NCBI GenBank assembly: GCA_049965755.1 | Contig: JBMFVY010000001.1 | Span: forward strand, 14,370-78,369 | Length of the DNA stretch: 64,000 nucleotides | Source of the DNA: Phycisphaerae bacterium | Lineage (GTDB): Bacteria > Planctomycetota > Phycisphaerae > WQYP01 | Direction of reading: 5' to 3' | In this document: piece after piece, positions 10,378 to 20,585 of the stretch | Layout: every line of letters begins with the position of its first letter | How positions within the stretch are numbered: position 1 is the first letter of the stretch | Notes under the pieces: model-generated | The model's input: the letters and a program-made list of their open reading frames with translations, nothing else | Database searches by the model: none | Told to the model about the DNA's origin: nothing | Program-made: the position numbers and the translations under genes

Positions 10378-11223
10378 ATGGGATTGACCAGACAGGTTAT
10401 TTCAACGTTGACAGGCGATGGCGTGGATGTGATGGGGCCTGATACACTCGCCTATCATTATCCGGATCAAAATATTGTTTCAGGAAGCCTGCTGACCGTC
10501 GAAGCCAATCACTTTGGGGTACTCAAATCACGCGGCGCGGTTCTGGGTGTTTACGATACGGGGCAATTCCCCATTCAAACTCCGGATAAACCTATCCTCG
10601 GGAGTTTTGTTCCCGCATTTTTTGGCGGCCAGTCGCCTTGGCAATATGAAGTGTTGTACATCAATCGCGCCAAATTACTCGTGCGAAACAACGGTGTGGC
10701 CACCTCAGCCGAAATGGCTGAGATGTCTTACCAGGTTGAATATTATGTCCATGTGGACACCAAAGAGGGTGCGTTGAAGTTGGTTACGCATATGCCCTTC
10801 ACCAAGCACTCTATTCTTACGGAAGAGGTTGCAGGCTATGCCGGGCCGGTGGTAGAGCAGGCCATCAACCAGATTGTGCAGGTCACACCGATGGAGCGGA
10901 TCAATGAGAAAATTCATGATATCGTGGAGTTGGTGAAGGGGCATCTGGGCGAGTTTTTGGGGGTGTACGGCATAACGCTCAACGACGCCAAAGTGCTCAT
11001 CGTGCCGAAGGATGAACGCATGCGCGAACTTATCTCTTTGCGAGCCTTCGGGCTTTCCGAACTTGACGCCGTGCGATATTATCTGGCGCTAAAAATGGCT
11101 GAAAAAGGGTTGGTATCGGCACCCAACGCCGCCGTAGGACAGCCGTACATTATCGGCGGCGCCACCATGGGCACCTTTCCGGTGCCGGCGGCAACTTCAC
11201 CCGTGGCGCCACCGGCAAAATAG
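10378..11223 (+). CDS. SPFH/Band-7-related protein (COG4260-like, 'virion core protein'-type SPFH family)
   Basis: Start at internal ATG (MGLTRQVISTLTGDGVDVMGPDTLAYHYPDQNIVSGSLLTVEANHFGVLKSRGAVLGVYDTGQFPI). The pattern resembles the N-terminus of COG4260/PF13421 SPFH-domain proteins. Moderately AT-rich promoter-like region upstream. Confidence 0.55.
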   Translation: MGLTRQVISTLTGDGVDVMGPDTLAYHYPDQNIVSGSLLTVEANHFGVLKSRGAVLGVYDTGQFPIQTPDKPILGSFVPAFFGGQSPWQYEVLYINRAKLLVRNNGVATSAEMAEMSYQVEYYVHVDTKEGALKLVTHMPFTKHSILTEEVAGYAGPVVEQAINQIVQVTPMERINEKIHDIVELVKGHLGEFLGVYGITLNDAKVLIVPKDERMRELISLRAFGLSELDAVRYYLALKMAEKGLVSAPNAAVGQPYIIGGATMGTFPVPAATSPVAPPAK

Positions 11224-11294
11224 CGGGAGGGCTGATACACCGAACTTGGCGGTGAGATCTGGGAATTCGCTCGGCATAATCAGGCCCCGGGAAT

Positions 11295-11909
11295 GTGGAA
11301 GCGGTATCGTTAAGACGCTCGAAACAGCTTTATCTGGAGATCGTCGTGGATATTAAATACGTCCCCAACCCGATTGACAGTGCCGGCCCCATTAAAGCCA
11401 CCCTCAGCAATCTGTTTCATGGTTGGGGATACAACTTCTACCGAAAAGAAAATCAGCTCAGAGCCGATGATTTGCTCGTCCGTGGAAAAATCAGCGAACT
11501 GCTCGGACAGATTCGTGCCCATCTATCTGATTTAGCTGCCGCGTTTCGCGCAGATCATCTGCCACCGCCGAGCCGCGAGCATCCGTTTCCCGATTCGGCG
11601 GCAGTTCATACCGTTCAGGTGCTTGACTCCTTCGTCAAAAACATCGAGCAGTTGGAAGTAAAAATTCGTACAGCCGCGGTTCCGGAGATGGACCGCATTA
11701 ATCAACGGCATCGCAACGAACAGGCCACGCTGGAATCGCTCGCCGCAACCGATCTTGAACTCGTGGGCGAAATTTTGACTCTGCAGCAGGCTATATCAAA
11801 CCTTGCCGATGCGCAGGCCGTCGCATCAAATGGTCCGCAAATCTTAAAAGGCTCGCGGATTGAGGCAATCTGGCAGCAGCGTGAAGAGATTCTCTCTGGG
11901 TTGGTTTGA
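11295..11909 (+). CDS. Hypothetical protein (helical), downstream of SPFH gene
   Basis: 204-aa ORF on the same strand 70 nt after the SPFH gene. No recognisable motifs; start codon uncertain. Confidence 0.3.
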   Translation: MEAVSLRRSKQLYLEIVVDIKYVPNPIDSAGPIKATLSNLFHGWGYNFYRKENQLRADDLLVRGKISELLGQIRAHLSDLAAAFRADHLPPPSREHPFPDSAAVHTVQVLDSFVKNIEQLEVKIRTAAVPEMDRINQRHRNEQATLESLAATDLELVGEILTLQQAISNLADAQAVASNGPQILKGSRIEAIWQQREEILSGLV

Positions 11910-12128
11910 GCTCTCACCTGCTGATCAATTTCCCACTGACCTTCTTTCCTCATCGAGTCCGTCGCAGCGGCCGTTGGGAATACGGCTTCCTACTCGTGCC
12001 ATGAGTGCTATGAGCCGCTGGGGATGCGGTATCCTCCAGTCATCATCAATTGCGCAGCCCCCCGCGATCAACACTCTCGACGCACGATCAAACATGGATG
12101 CTCGATCTGAGCGGGTAATCTCGCCAAT

Positions 12129-13955
12129 TCACGACAGACTGACGCGCAGAAATTTAACCGCGTCGGCAATCACCGCACCATTGGCCTCATTGGTCAATTT
12201 CACATAAAGGAGGTCGTGATAACGGCCGATAAGATACCATTTGGCCGGCTCGTGCGAAAAGTCGATCTTGGTGATACTTTCCCCCTGCTCAGTTACTACC
12301 GTGACTGGGGCGTCGGTTGCAAGTTTGCCGATCGACGGTTTGCCATAATAGATATAGATATCAAAATCGCCGAGTTTCGGGCAGTCCGTGCGCCAGATGG
12401 CATAGTGCAATCCGTTACCGCCTTCGGTCCAGAAACAGCCGCCGTTATAATTTTCACTTGCGGGAACCGTATCCGATTTCCAATGCCCCCCCTCAATCAT
12501 CATCTGACTGCCGATCGTCATTTCATCCACAATAAGATTTTTGAACGGAAGTGTGTAGATTCGCCAGCGGCGCAGTTGAAGCCGGGTTGCGGGTTCATAT
12601 GTTTTCAACCACTCATCTAACTGAAGTTGCAGAGCTTTGAGTTCCGGAGGAGTTTGATCAATGATGTTGCGGAGTTCCTGCGGATCGGATTCGAGATCAA
12701 AAAATTTCTCCGCGCCGGTCCATAGGCTCCGGGTGAGTTTACTCTTCATACTGCGGACGGCACGCAGCGGCACTTCCACATCCTCTTCGCAGAATACGTA
12801 ATCCCGCACTTTCTCCCGATCGCCGGTGACCAGCGGCAGCAGGCTCTCACCTGAGGCGCCCGGAAGCGGGGGCAGGCCCGCATACTCCAGCAGCGTGGGG
12901 GCAACATCAATATTGCATGTTAAAGATTCAACAACTTTCCCCTCCGGCACGCCCGGCCCCGCGAGAATCAGAGGAACGTTGATATCGGTGTCATAGCACG
13001 ACCGGTGGTCGAACGTCTGAAAATCCTCTGGATGCGAGTAAATCAACTCACCATGGTCGGAAAGGATCGCCACCAGGGTGTTGTCGGTCAGGCCGAGCTT
13101 GTCCAGGTGATCAAGAATTTTGCCCACATACCGGTCGACGAAGTGAATTTTGCCGTCGTAAAGCTGATAAAGACGCTCGATAGCCTGTTGGTTGCCGAGC
13201 ATGGCAAGGCGCTTCAGCGGCGCAGTTTTAATGTTATATCCGGTATCGTGAAGATGGATATACGGGCCTGGGGCGAAGATGTCATCCTCGGGCGGCGGAT
13301 TATACGGAGAGTGCGGCTCGAGAAAGTGGACATACAAAAAGAACGGTTGTGCGGCGGGGTCCTGTCGCTTGTCGAGCCACGGCAATATCTTTTCCGTCAT
13401 CAGCGGCGCGTAAAGATCGGTATGTCCGCTGCGCTCGGTAATGTTCACATCATTGCGGCTCCCCTGAAACTGATAGTATTCAACAAAACCGCGGCCGGTG
13501 AGTTCGCGACCGGCGAGACCGTTCCCCACAAAAGCCGCGGTGTAGTACCCGTGGTAGGCGAAGTGCGGCACCAGCATGGGTGTGTTGTTTGGAATTAAAG
13601 GCATGTCGGAGTGCCAGAAAAGGGTAACTCCGTGCTGCGACGCGTAGAGCGATGTATGCAGCGGTGCAAAAGAGGGTGTCGTCCATGAGGCCACAGTGAA
13701 AAATTTTGAAAACCGAACGCCGCGCTCCGCCAGCCGGTCAATGTTGGGTGTGGTAAGGCGGGGCTGTCCGAAACAATGAATCTGATCGGCGCGTAGCTGG
13801 TCCATGGCAATGATGACTACGTTTGGTTTTCGTTTCTGAGATTGCGTCGATTTGGCCGACGCGGATTGAGTCAGAGCGCTCGCGCCGGCCAAGCCGGCAG
13901 CTGTTCCGCCGACGAGTTTTACAAATTTACGACGTGTTACATCCGTCATGGGCAT
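12129..13955 (-). CDS. Sulfatase-family (alkaline-phosphatase superfamily) hydrolase with Tat signal peptide; active-site Cys replaced by Thr
   Basis: Twin-arginine signal TRRKFVKLVGGTAAGLAGASAL. Sulfatase N-terminal fold PNVVIIAMDQLRADQIHCFGQ...TPNIDRLAERGVRFSKFF. The FGly motif position reads SWTTPSFAPLHTS (T-x-P-x-F) instead of C/S-x-P-x-R. Extra ~150-aa C-terminal domain. Confidence 0.75.
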   Translation of the reverse strand: MPMTDVTRRKFVKLVGGTAAGLAGASALTQSASAKSTQSQKRKPNVVIIAMDQLRADQIHCFGQPRLTTPNIDRLAERGVRFSKFFTVASWTTPSFAPLHTSLYASQHGVTLFWHSDMPLIPNNTPMLVPHFAYHGYYTAAFVGNGLAGRELTGRGFVEYYQFQGSRNDVNITERSGHTDLYAPLMTEKILPWLDKRQDPAAQPFFLYVHFLEPHSPYNPPPEDDIFAPGPYIHLHDTGYNIKTAPLKRLAMLGNQQAIERLYQLYDGKIHFVDRYVGKILDHLDKLGLTDNTLVAILSDHGELIYSHPEDFQTFDHRSCYDTDINVPLILAGPGVPEGKVVESLTCNIDVAPTLLEYAGLPPLPGASGESLLPLVTGDREKVRDYVFCEEDVEVPLRAVRSMKSKLTRSLWTGAEKFFDLESDPQELRNIIDQTPPELKALQLQLDEWLKTYEPATRLQLRRWRIYTLPFKNLIVDEMTIGSQMMIEGGHWKSDTVPASENYNGGCFWTEGGNGLHYAIWRTDCPKLGDFDIYIYYGKPSIGKLATDAPVTVVTEQGESITKIDFSHEPAKWYLIGRYHDLLYVKLTNEANGAVIADAVKFLRVSLS

Positions 13956-14278
13956 TATCTTCTATTTATTTCGATCAAAACAGCAATCCAGCTTTGTATT
14001 TATTCTACGACGCGTCACCGGAAATTGTTCCCACATTGAGCAATCCTCTCGCCGGAGCCTAAAACCATCCTGAATAATTGGCAACCGAAAATGATGCTCA
14101 TTTACTCATGGATTGCACCATCGAATCGCCGAATGGGGCCGAGCGATTGCAACCAGATGCCGTGTTTGGTGTCTCAGTTCAGGTGGCGGAATCGAGAAAT
14201 ACCGGGTGAGGCCCGTTGATGGCGATTCCCCTCAAAATATCTGCGCAGCCCACCGCATGAAAATGGCCAACGGATCGC

Positions 14279-14920
14279 CTAAAAGTTCCTCTCATTTTCG
14301 CGCCGCAACGCCACCGGCGGACCGAGCACCTCCGATAGTATCCACGCCGTCGTGGAGCCACGATGGCTGCTCAGGATTCGTTGAATCTGCTGGCTGATGG
14401 GAACGCTCGCGACACCGGGCTTATCGGCAGGCGCCTTGCCGGAATCGGATGTGGCGGAAACGGATGCCTTCTTGGTGGCAGATTTCGCATGACCCGCTGC
14501 CGGTAACTCCTTCGCGCCCGGCGACGGTCGATCACGATTCGACTGGACACTTCTACGCACGGGATTCGTCTGCGGGGCAGTGGCTCTTGAACCGCTCGAT
14601 GGGCGATTGATCAGATTTGGCGTGAATTGGAGCCGTCGTTCGGCAGCGGTGCGGCTGAGGCTGGATTGCCGGGCCGGCTGAGTTGGTCGAGAAACCGGAT
14701 CTGGCCGGATTTGCGAGGTGGCGATTCGGGTTGAACTTTGAATGGGGGGTGAAATCGGACGGGCGGTGACGCCACGTACCGCCTGCGTCTGGATACGCCG
14801 CTGCCTCTCAATCTCCGCAAGTTGCGCAACGCTGATACGACCCTTTAATATGTCTTCCATCAGTTTTTGCTGATCAGACGGCGAAGGCCTGTTTGGAGGC
14901 GGCTGCGGCGATTCAGGCAT
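14279..14920 (-). CDS. Low-complexity Pro/Ser/Arg/Gln-rich (likely disordered) protein, immediately downstream of floA
   Basis: 213-aa ORF MPESPQPPPNRPSPSDQQ... rich in P/S/R/Q/T. 40 nt downstream of floA on the same strand. Could be a real IDP or partly an artefact of GC-rich sequence. Confidence 0.4.
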   Translation of the reverse strand: MPESPQPPPNRPSPSDQQKLMEDILKGRISVAQLAEIERQRRIQTQAVRGVTARPISPPIQSSTRIATSQIRPDPVSRPTQPARQSSLSRTAAERRLQFTPNLINRPSSGSRATAPQTNPVRRSVQSNRDRPSPGAKELPAAGHAKSATKKASVSATSDSGKAPADKPGVASVPISQQIQRILSSHRGSTTAWILSEVLGPPVALRRENERNF

Positions 14921-14960
14921 GTTAAATCTCCCGCGTCAAAACAACGCACTTACAAAGTGA

Positions 14961-15968
14961 TCAACTCGTCGACGAGGTAGTACCGGACGTCTCGCCACCG
15001 GCTATACTTTCCCGCATCTTGGTGTCAGCTTGAATGTTCTTCATACGGAAATAATCCACAACCCCGAGATTGCCATTTCGGAATGCTTCGGCCATCGCAA
15101 GCGGAATCTGAGCTTCCGCCTCTATGAGCTTGGCACGATTATACTGCGCCAAAGCTTTATTTTCCTGTTCGAGGGCGACCGCAAGAGCACGGCGTTTTTC
15201 CGCCTCAGCTTGGGCAAGTTGCTTGGCGGCATCGGCACTGGCAATCTGAAGTTTGGCGCCGACATTATCACTGACATCCATATCGGCAATATCGATGGAA
15301 AGTATCTGAAATGCAGTGCCGGCATCCAACCCCTTGGAGAGAACCATCTTACTGATCATGTCAGGCTGCTGCAGAACATGTTTGTAGGAATCCGCCGACC
15401 CGATGGCTGCAACGATCCCCTCACCCACACGGGCGACGATCGTCTCCTCCCCGGCACCTCCGGTGAGCTGGTGGATGTTGGTTCGCACAGTCACCCGGGC
15501 CTTGACCCGCAATTGAATACCATCTTTCGCCACGCCGTCATGAGTCTGACGGCCGCTGTTGGCGTTAGGTACATCGATGACACGCGGGTTAACACTGGTC
15601 TGCACCGCATCGAGCACATCCCGACCGGCGAGATCGATCGCCGCCGCCTGCTGCCATGGCAGGTCAATCGATGCCCGATGCGCGGCGATCATGGCGGTTG
15701 CCACGCGACTTACATGCCCATTGGAAAGATAATGGGATTCCAGTTGCTGGGTGGTGATATCCAGTCCGGCCTGCACCATCGCGATCTTCGCCGACACGAT
15801 CACCCGGATATCCACCTTCCGCATCTTCATTCCGATGAGATTGGCCATGCTGATGTCCGCCCCGGCCGAAGAGGCCTGCATCCATATCTTGAAAAACGGC
15901 CAGATCACCACCATGAAAATGATGGCGGCCACCACCCCCATAACGATCAATGTCCACATCAGCGCCAT
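14961..15968 (-). CDS. floA: Flotillin-like protein FloA (SPFH family, YqfA-type)
   Basis: N-terminal TM segment followed by the FloA-signature region [59 protein letters not shown]...[18 protein letters not shown]...[17 protein letters not shown]...[28 protein letters not shown]. Near-identical motif order to B. subtilis FloA. Confidence 0.9.
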   Translation of the reverse strand: MALMWTLIVMGVVAAIIFMVVIWPFFKIWMQASSAGADISMANLIGMKMRKVDIRVIVSAKIAMVQAGLDITTQQLESHYLSNGHVSRVATAMIAAHRASIDLPWQQAAAIDLAGRDVLDAVQTSVNPRVIDVPNANSGRQTHDGVAKDGIQLRVKARVTVRTNIHQLTGGAGEETIVARVGEGIVAAIGSADSYKHVLQQPDMISKMVLSKGLDAGTAFQILSIDIADMDVSDNVGAKLQIASADAAKQLAQAEAEKRRALAVALEQENKALAQYNRAKLIEAEAQIPLAMAEAFRNGNLGVVDYFRMKNIQADTKMRESIAGGETSGTTSSTS

Positions 15969-16294
15969 AATTCGGTTCCTCCCCTGAAGAGTAAAATTCT
16001 TTCCGCTCTAGAGCGAGGATATGACTGGCCTGCGGCCGTGTCAACCGGCCTCGGCTGCGTTATGCCATGGAAACCGGCGTCTCTTCGGGCTTTCTCCTGT
16101 TGCGACCAATTCTCGATCGATATTCGAGCTTGGCCATTTGCGTTTTTGCTCTCGACGCCACTCCAGATCGAATATATCCGCCTGTATCAGATGATACTGT
16201 TGCAGCACCAGTTGCATGTCAGCGGTTGCGTGGGTATGATCATGCTGCGATAGAGTAATGGATGTTCACTCGAATTTTGATCAAGGAGTGTCTT

Positions 16295-17209
16295 ATGATC
16301 CTCAACCGCAATCTGACAAAACGCCTGATGATGGCATTGACGCTGGCTCTTACCGCAAGCCCGCTCGCGGTCGCCCGTATGTCCGAAACCGCACAGACGC
16401 CCGATATCAAAGCCGCCCCGCCTATGCACTGGCAACTCACCTGGCAGGAAAGTTTCAATCACGGTCAAAAGAATCTCAAAGGTTGGCACTATGATCTTGG
16501 CGGCAACGGCTGGGGAAATAATGAAGATGAGGTGTATACCCACAGCCGAGACAATGTTTTCGTAGCTCACGGCCATTTGAACATCATGGTCATCGGAAAG
16601 CGCCGGCACGGAACGGTCCACTACACCTCCGGACGAATTACCACCCGCAACATTTTCAGCCAGCGCTACGGGCTTTTTGTTTTCCGCGCTCGCCTCCCCA
16701 AAGGACGCGGATTATGGCCCGCCATATGGATGATGCCGAAAAAATCAGTTTATGGCGGATGGCCGCGCTCCGGCGAAATCGACATCATGGAATCGCGTGG
16801 CAACTGGATTCATCATGTTCAGGGAAGCCTGCACTCGGGAAATGTGTGGAACCAAGATAATACGCAGACGAAAATCTACCGCCTTCCGCAGGGCGAAACC
16901 ACCACGCAGTGGCATACTTACGCGCTTCGCTGGGAGCCGGCACGAGATCCGCACCATCCCGGCCGAAAGATAATAAAAATACAATGGTACGTGGACGGCC
17001 ACCTCTACGAAACCCGGCAGGGGGGGTGGACCGTGCCCAATTCCGCCCCCAAGGGGTCCTTGAACGCCCCCTTCAATCGCCGCTTCTACATCATCCTCAA
17101 TATGGCGGTCGGCGGTAATTATGTCGGAGGTAAAACGCCGGGGCCCGGCCGCTACGACATGCAGATCGATTACATCCGCGCCTACCGGCTTGCACCTGAC
17201 GGCGGCTGA
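16295..17209 (+). CDS. Glycoside hydrolase family 16 (laminarinase/beta-glucanase-like), secreted
   Basis: Signal peptide MILNRNLTKRLMMALTLALTASPLAVA. GH16 catalytic motif GEIDIME (E-x-D-x-x-E), plus conserved WPAIWMMP and NMAVGG blocks. Confidence 0.85.
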   Translation: MILNRNLTKRLMMALTLALTASPLAVARMSETAQTPDIKAAPPMHWQLTWQESFNHGQKNLKGWHYDLGGNGWGNNEDEVYTHSRDNVFVAHGHLNIMVIGKRRHGTVHYTSGRITTRNIFSQRYGLFVFRARLPKGRGLWPAIWMMPKKSVYGGWPRSGEIDIMESRGNWIHHVQGSLHSGNVWNQDNTQTKIYRLPQGETTTQWHTYALRWEPARDPHHPGRKIIKIQWYVDGHLYETRQGGWTVPNSAPKGSLNAPFNRRFYIILNMAVGGNYVGGKTPGPGRYDMQIDYIRAYRLAPDGG

Positions 17210-17259
17210 TGACGGATCCCGTTGGCGCCAAAACCCTGCGTACTCCTCATGGCACGCCG

Positions 17260-17925
17260 CTATTGAATGTGATAACGGATCAAGTCGATCCTGTTATGGT
17301 CAGCATCGCGTTCCACAAGTCCGACACCCCTGGCGTAATAATCGATGACCTTGGTTTTTGCATGTTTGACCCGTGAAATGTTTCCGACCGTTACACGGGT
17401 CGTGATATGTTCGATCGTTCGAACGCGGTAACAGTTGAATTTTCCTGCCGGCACGCTGATCTGCTTCATACCCGTTATTTTCGATATCCTGGTGATGGTG
17501 CTTTTTACCAGGATCATCACCCGATGCATGCTCACATGACGCGTGTTCGTGGTGGACGATAACCATTTGTATCCCGGCTTCCAGAGCGATGACTTCGGTA
17601 TTAAGACACCGGAACTGTGCGTGATGCTGACGGTCACCTTCTGAGGTTGCACCTCAATGGAATGGGGATGTCCGCCATCTCCGGATACCCATCCGTCGGT
17701 CGTCCGTTTGTATCGGATGGTTGCATGGACGGTGCCAGTCTGCTTTTCGGTAATATGCTTTTGCGAGGATGAAATCACCGTCAGGGTGTAGCTTCCCCCG
17801 GTGGAATATCGGTAATGCCAGGTTGAGCCTTTCGATCTGGGAAATACCTTCCCGGCATTGGATGCGAATACCGCTTGCGTCCCGGCGAGGATAACGGATG
17901 TGAAAATAATCACCCATCGACTCAT
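17260..17925 (-). CDS. Hypothetical secreted protein, 221 aa
   Basis: Signal peptide MSRWVIIFTSVILAGTQAVFAS; beta-rich composition; no recognisable motif. Confidence 0.45.
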   Translation of the reverse strand: MSRWVIIFTSVILAGTQAVFASNAGKVFPRSKGSTWHYRYSTGGSYTLTVISSSQKHITEKQTGTVHATIRYKRTTDGWVSGDGGHPHSIEVQPQKVTVSITHSSGVLIPKSSLWKPGYKWLSSTTNTRHVSMHRVMILVKSTITRISKITGMKQISVPAGKFNCYRVRTIEHITTRVTVGNISRVKHAKTKVIDYYARGVGLVERDADHNRIDLIRYHIQ

Positions 17926-18033
17926 GATGCAGCCTCCGCAAACAAAGATTCAGTCAACCCCTTCCGATTGTTCATAATTTCAGCGGATATTCAACCCCTT
18001 ACGCACACACCCATCATCGTTGTTACTTAAACA

Positions 18034-19335
18034 CTACAACTCAGGCACAGCCGCCAGCGGAGATTTGATGACCTCCCCCAGCAATACCGTCGCAAAACTG
18101 CCCGCCGGAAGTGAGAAGCTCAGTTCCAGATAGCCGCCACGATCGTCCTTCCCCGATTGAAGCTTGTGGTCCGTGAAGAAGAAACGCATGGCTCGGCGCG
18201 ATCCCTTGGCCTTCTGCGGACCGGCGTGCCGAAAATCGTCAAGCTTCAATCCGGCGGCGGCAAGCACCTCTTCCTCCATGCGTGCCGGTTCTTCACGCGG
18301 CTCGGACATGCGATACCCGAACAGCGGCCCGGATGGCGATATCTCATGCCGATCACAGCGCTGCTGCTCCTGCGATAGTTTCTCCGATACCACATCAAAA
18401 ACAGCTCCCGTTTCGTGCAGCCACGCCAGATCCCCGGCCATCATGGTGGTCAGGTTTGACAGTCGATGTTCAAGGACCCGATTAAACAAATGGGCCTGGA
18501 GAGCACTGATCAGCAGGCGACGAAGGCGGATATCCACCGCATGCAGCGCCTTGGCATGAGCCTGCGGATTTTTCTGCAGGATCGCCAGCGCCCCGCGTTC
18601 AGCCCGCAGGTGTCCCGGCCAGGCAGAAAACGCGGCCGCCATATTTCCCGCATCGTAATGCCGCCGTGCCTGGAGTACACCCCCTCGATCGACACTTTCG
18701 TCCGCTTTGCCCAACCACAAATCCATGAATTTTTTCGCATCCTGCCGCAGCAATGCCATGCCCAGAAGATGGTTATCCAGCCGCATGCCGAATCGCTGCG
18801 AGCCGAAAAAATTCGGCACCCCCGTTCGGGCCAGCGACCGCAGAATGGCGTCCGCCCGCCCCACAGCCTCCTGCAGCATGGCCGCCGACTTATCCCAATC
18901 CTCATGCCGGATGCGGATGGTAAAGCGATTACCCGCCAGATGTCCAAGCTTAAGTTTGTTGCGATGGCGACTCTGTGCGAGAACGCGAATGACCGGTAGA
19001 TCAAGTTTCTCGAAACGACTGTTCGGCTCGTGCTCTATGGATATCCATTGCCGGGTAATCGCCTGCGCATCCTTGAGCCCCGCATAGCCAAAATCCACAC
19101 TGCGGCGACCGATGGCTTTGGCCAGGATGGAAATCGCTGTATAAGTGCTCGTGCCGCGCTTCTCAATCAGTAAATAAGCGTGCTCGCCCACGCCCGCGAA
19201 CGGATAAAGCGGTATCTCCTCCACCTGAAAATCTTCCAAGTGTGTTTTTATCATTCCACCGGTTCCCGGCAGATCGGCGGTGATATAGGGGATTGACGGC
19301 ATGACCAACTCCATTCTGCGTGCAGCTTCCGACAT
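18034..19335 (-). CDS. truD: tRNA pseudouridine(13) synthase TruD
   Basis: Motifs EDFQVEEIPLYPFAGVGEHAYLLIEKRGTSTY and FGYAGLKDAQAITRQWISIE (catalytic Asp in the GLKD motif), NFFGSQRFG. Length 433 aa fits TruD. Confidence 0.85.
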   Translation of the reverse strand: MSEAARRMELVMPSIPYITADLPGTGGMIKTHLEDFQVEEIPLYPFAGVGEHAYLLIEKRGTSTYTAISILAKAIGRRSVDFGYAGLKDAQAITRQWISIEHEPNSRFEKLDLPVIRVLAQSRHRNKLKLGHLAGNRFTIRIRHEDWDKSAAMLQEAVGRADAILRSLARTGVPNFFGSQRFGMRLDNHLLGMALLRQDAKKFMDLWLGKADESVDRGGVLQARRHYDAGNMAAAFSAWPGHLRAERGALAILQKNPQAHAKALHAVDIRLRRLLISALQAHLFNRVLEHRLSNLTTMMAGDLAWLHETGAVFDVVSEKLSQEQQRCDRHEISPSGPLFGYRMSEPREEPARMEEEVLAAAGLKLDDFRHAGPQKAKGSRRAMRFFFTDHKLQSGKDDRGGYLELSFSLPAGSFATVLLGEVIKSPLAAVPEL

Positions 19336-19435
19336 GCACGGGGCAGGAGTTTAACCCACCGGAGCATTCTGAGCACGATCTCGCTCTTTTGTGCCGGTCA
19401 TATTGTCATGCTGGGAGATTTCGCAGCCACCGGAT

Positions 19436-20377
19436 CTACGCAGCGTTAAAAACGAATTTTTCCAGCGCAACCGCCACCCCGTCATCGCGATTGGATGGAA
19501 CGATGTAGCGCGCCGCCCGGCGGACACGTTCCGGAGCATTGGCCATCGCAACGCTCGTTCCCGCCCACCGCAACATCGGAACATCATTCGGACCATCCCC
19601 AATCGCCAATACCTTGGATGAAGGCACGTTATACCAGCCGGATACGATCTCCAGGGCGACGGCTTTATCGGTGTCGGGGGCAACCACCTGCAGCAGCCGA
19701 TGTTCGCTGCGCAAAAGACTGAAGCCGCTTTTGAATTTCTGCGTCAGGGCAGTGGTCAGTTCGTCCAGCGCGGCCGATGGTGCATGAAACATCACCCGTG
19801 TTACCGGAGAATGCAGAAAGCTGCTCATGTCGGCAATAACATCAGGACTGAACCGCCTTCCAGGCGGAATGGCCTCCACCGGCACGATTCCAAAGTGATC
19901 CGAATACAGGGTATCCACGATCTCAACGCTGGGAATGACGTCCGACCGACATTTGCGGGCAAAATCAATAACCTTCTTGACCGTTCGCTGAGAAAGACTG
20001 CTGTGCCTCAATACGCACTGCGCCCGCTCGTCCCATATTAATGCGCCATTGTGGCTGATAATCGGAGTGCGAAGTTTCAAAGCACGATGATAAAATCGGA
20101 CAGATCGCGGCGGGCGTGCGGTCGCCAGTACAATCTGCAAACCCATCTCCATCGCCCGATGGAGCGCGTGATGCACACGGGGCGTGATATCCTCGCGTGG
20201 GTCCAATAATGTGCCGTCCATATCCAGTGCAATCAGCGATATCTCCGAGCCCGCAGTCGCCGGGACCAGCGGCGGGGGAAAATTCACGTTCGGAGGCCTT
20301 ACCCGGGCTACCTGTCGTGACGCCGGTCGGGTCTGCAAGAGTTGTCTGATGTTTTCGACTACCTCGGCCACAGCCAT
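19436..20377 (-). CDS. HAD-superfamily hydrolase, Cof-like (subfamily IIB) phosphatase
   Basis: HAD motif I LIALDMDGTLLD, motif II VLATAR, C-terminal GDGPNDVPMLRWAG (motif IV). The N-terminal ~45-aa extension has no alternative ATG, so the true start is uncertain. Confidence 0.75.
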   Translation of the reverse strand: MAVAEVVENIRQLLQTRPASRQVARVRPPNVNFPPPLVPATAGSEISLIALDMDGTLLDPREDITPRVHHALHRAMEMGLQIVLATARPPRSVRFYHRALKLRTPIISHNGALIWDERAQCVLRHSSLSQRTVKKVIDFARKCRSDVIPSVEIVDTLYSDHFGIVPVEAIPPGRRFSPDVIADMSSFLHSPVTRVMFHAPSAALDELTTALTQKFKSGFSLLRSEHRLLQVVAPDTDKAVALEIVSGWYNVPSSKVLAIGDGPNDVPMLRWAGTSVAMANAPERVRRAARYIVPSNRDDGVAVALEKFVFNAA

Positions 20378-20585
20378 ATCTCCACGCTCACACCGCCGCC
20401 GTACCGGAACATTCGTTACACTTGCCGCCCAGTCGCAGCGTGCCGATGACTCTCTTCAACCCATCCGGGGCCTTAGTGTCATCGGTACGCCGTTATTCCG
20501 GAGTGAAGATGGATAACCAAAATATGCCCCTGAGGATAGCCCCATAATTCGGTAGCACGATACCGCCGCCGCTGCGGCCGCTACG

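Noticed and set aside
13005-13598. 197-aa plus-strand ORF inside the sulfatase-family gene
   Set aside because: Antisense to a gene with clear Tat signal and sulfatase fold. No motif support.
15030-16253. 407-aa plus-strand ORF overlapping floA
   Set aside because: Antisense to the canonical FloA gene. His/Arg/Pro-rich low-complexity translation typical of GC-rich antisense frames.
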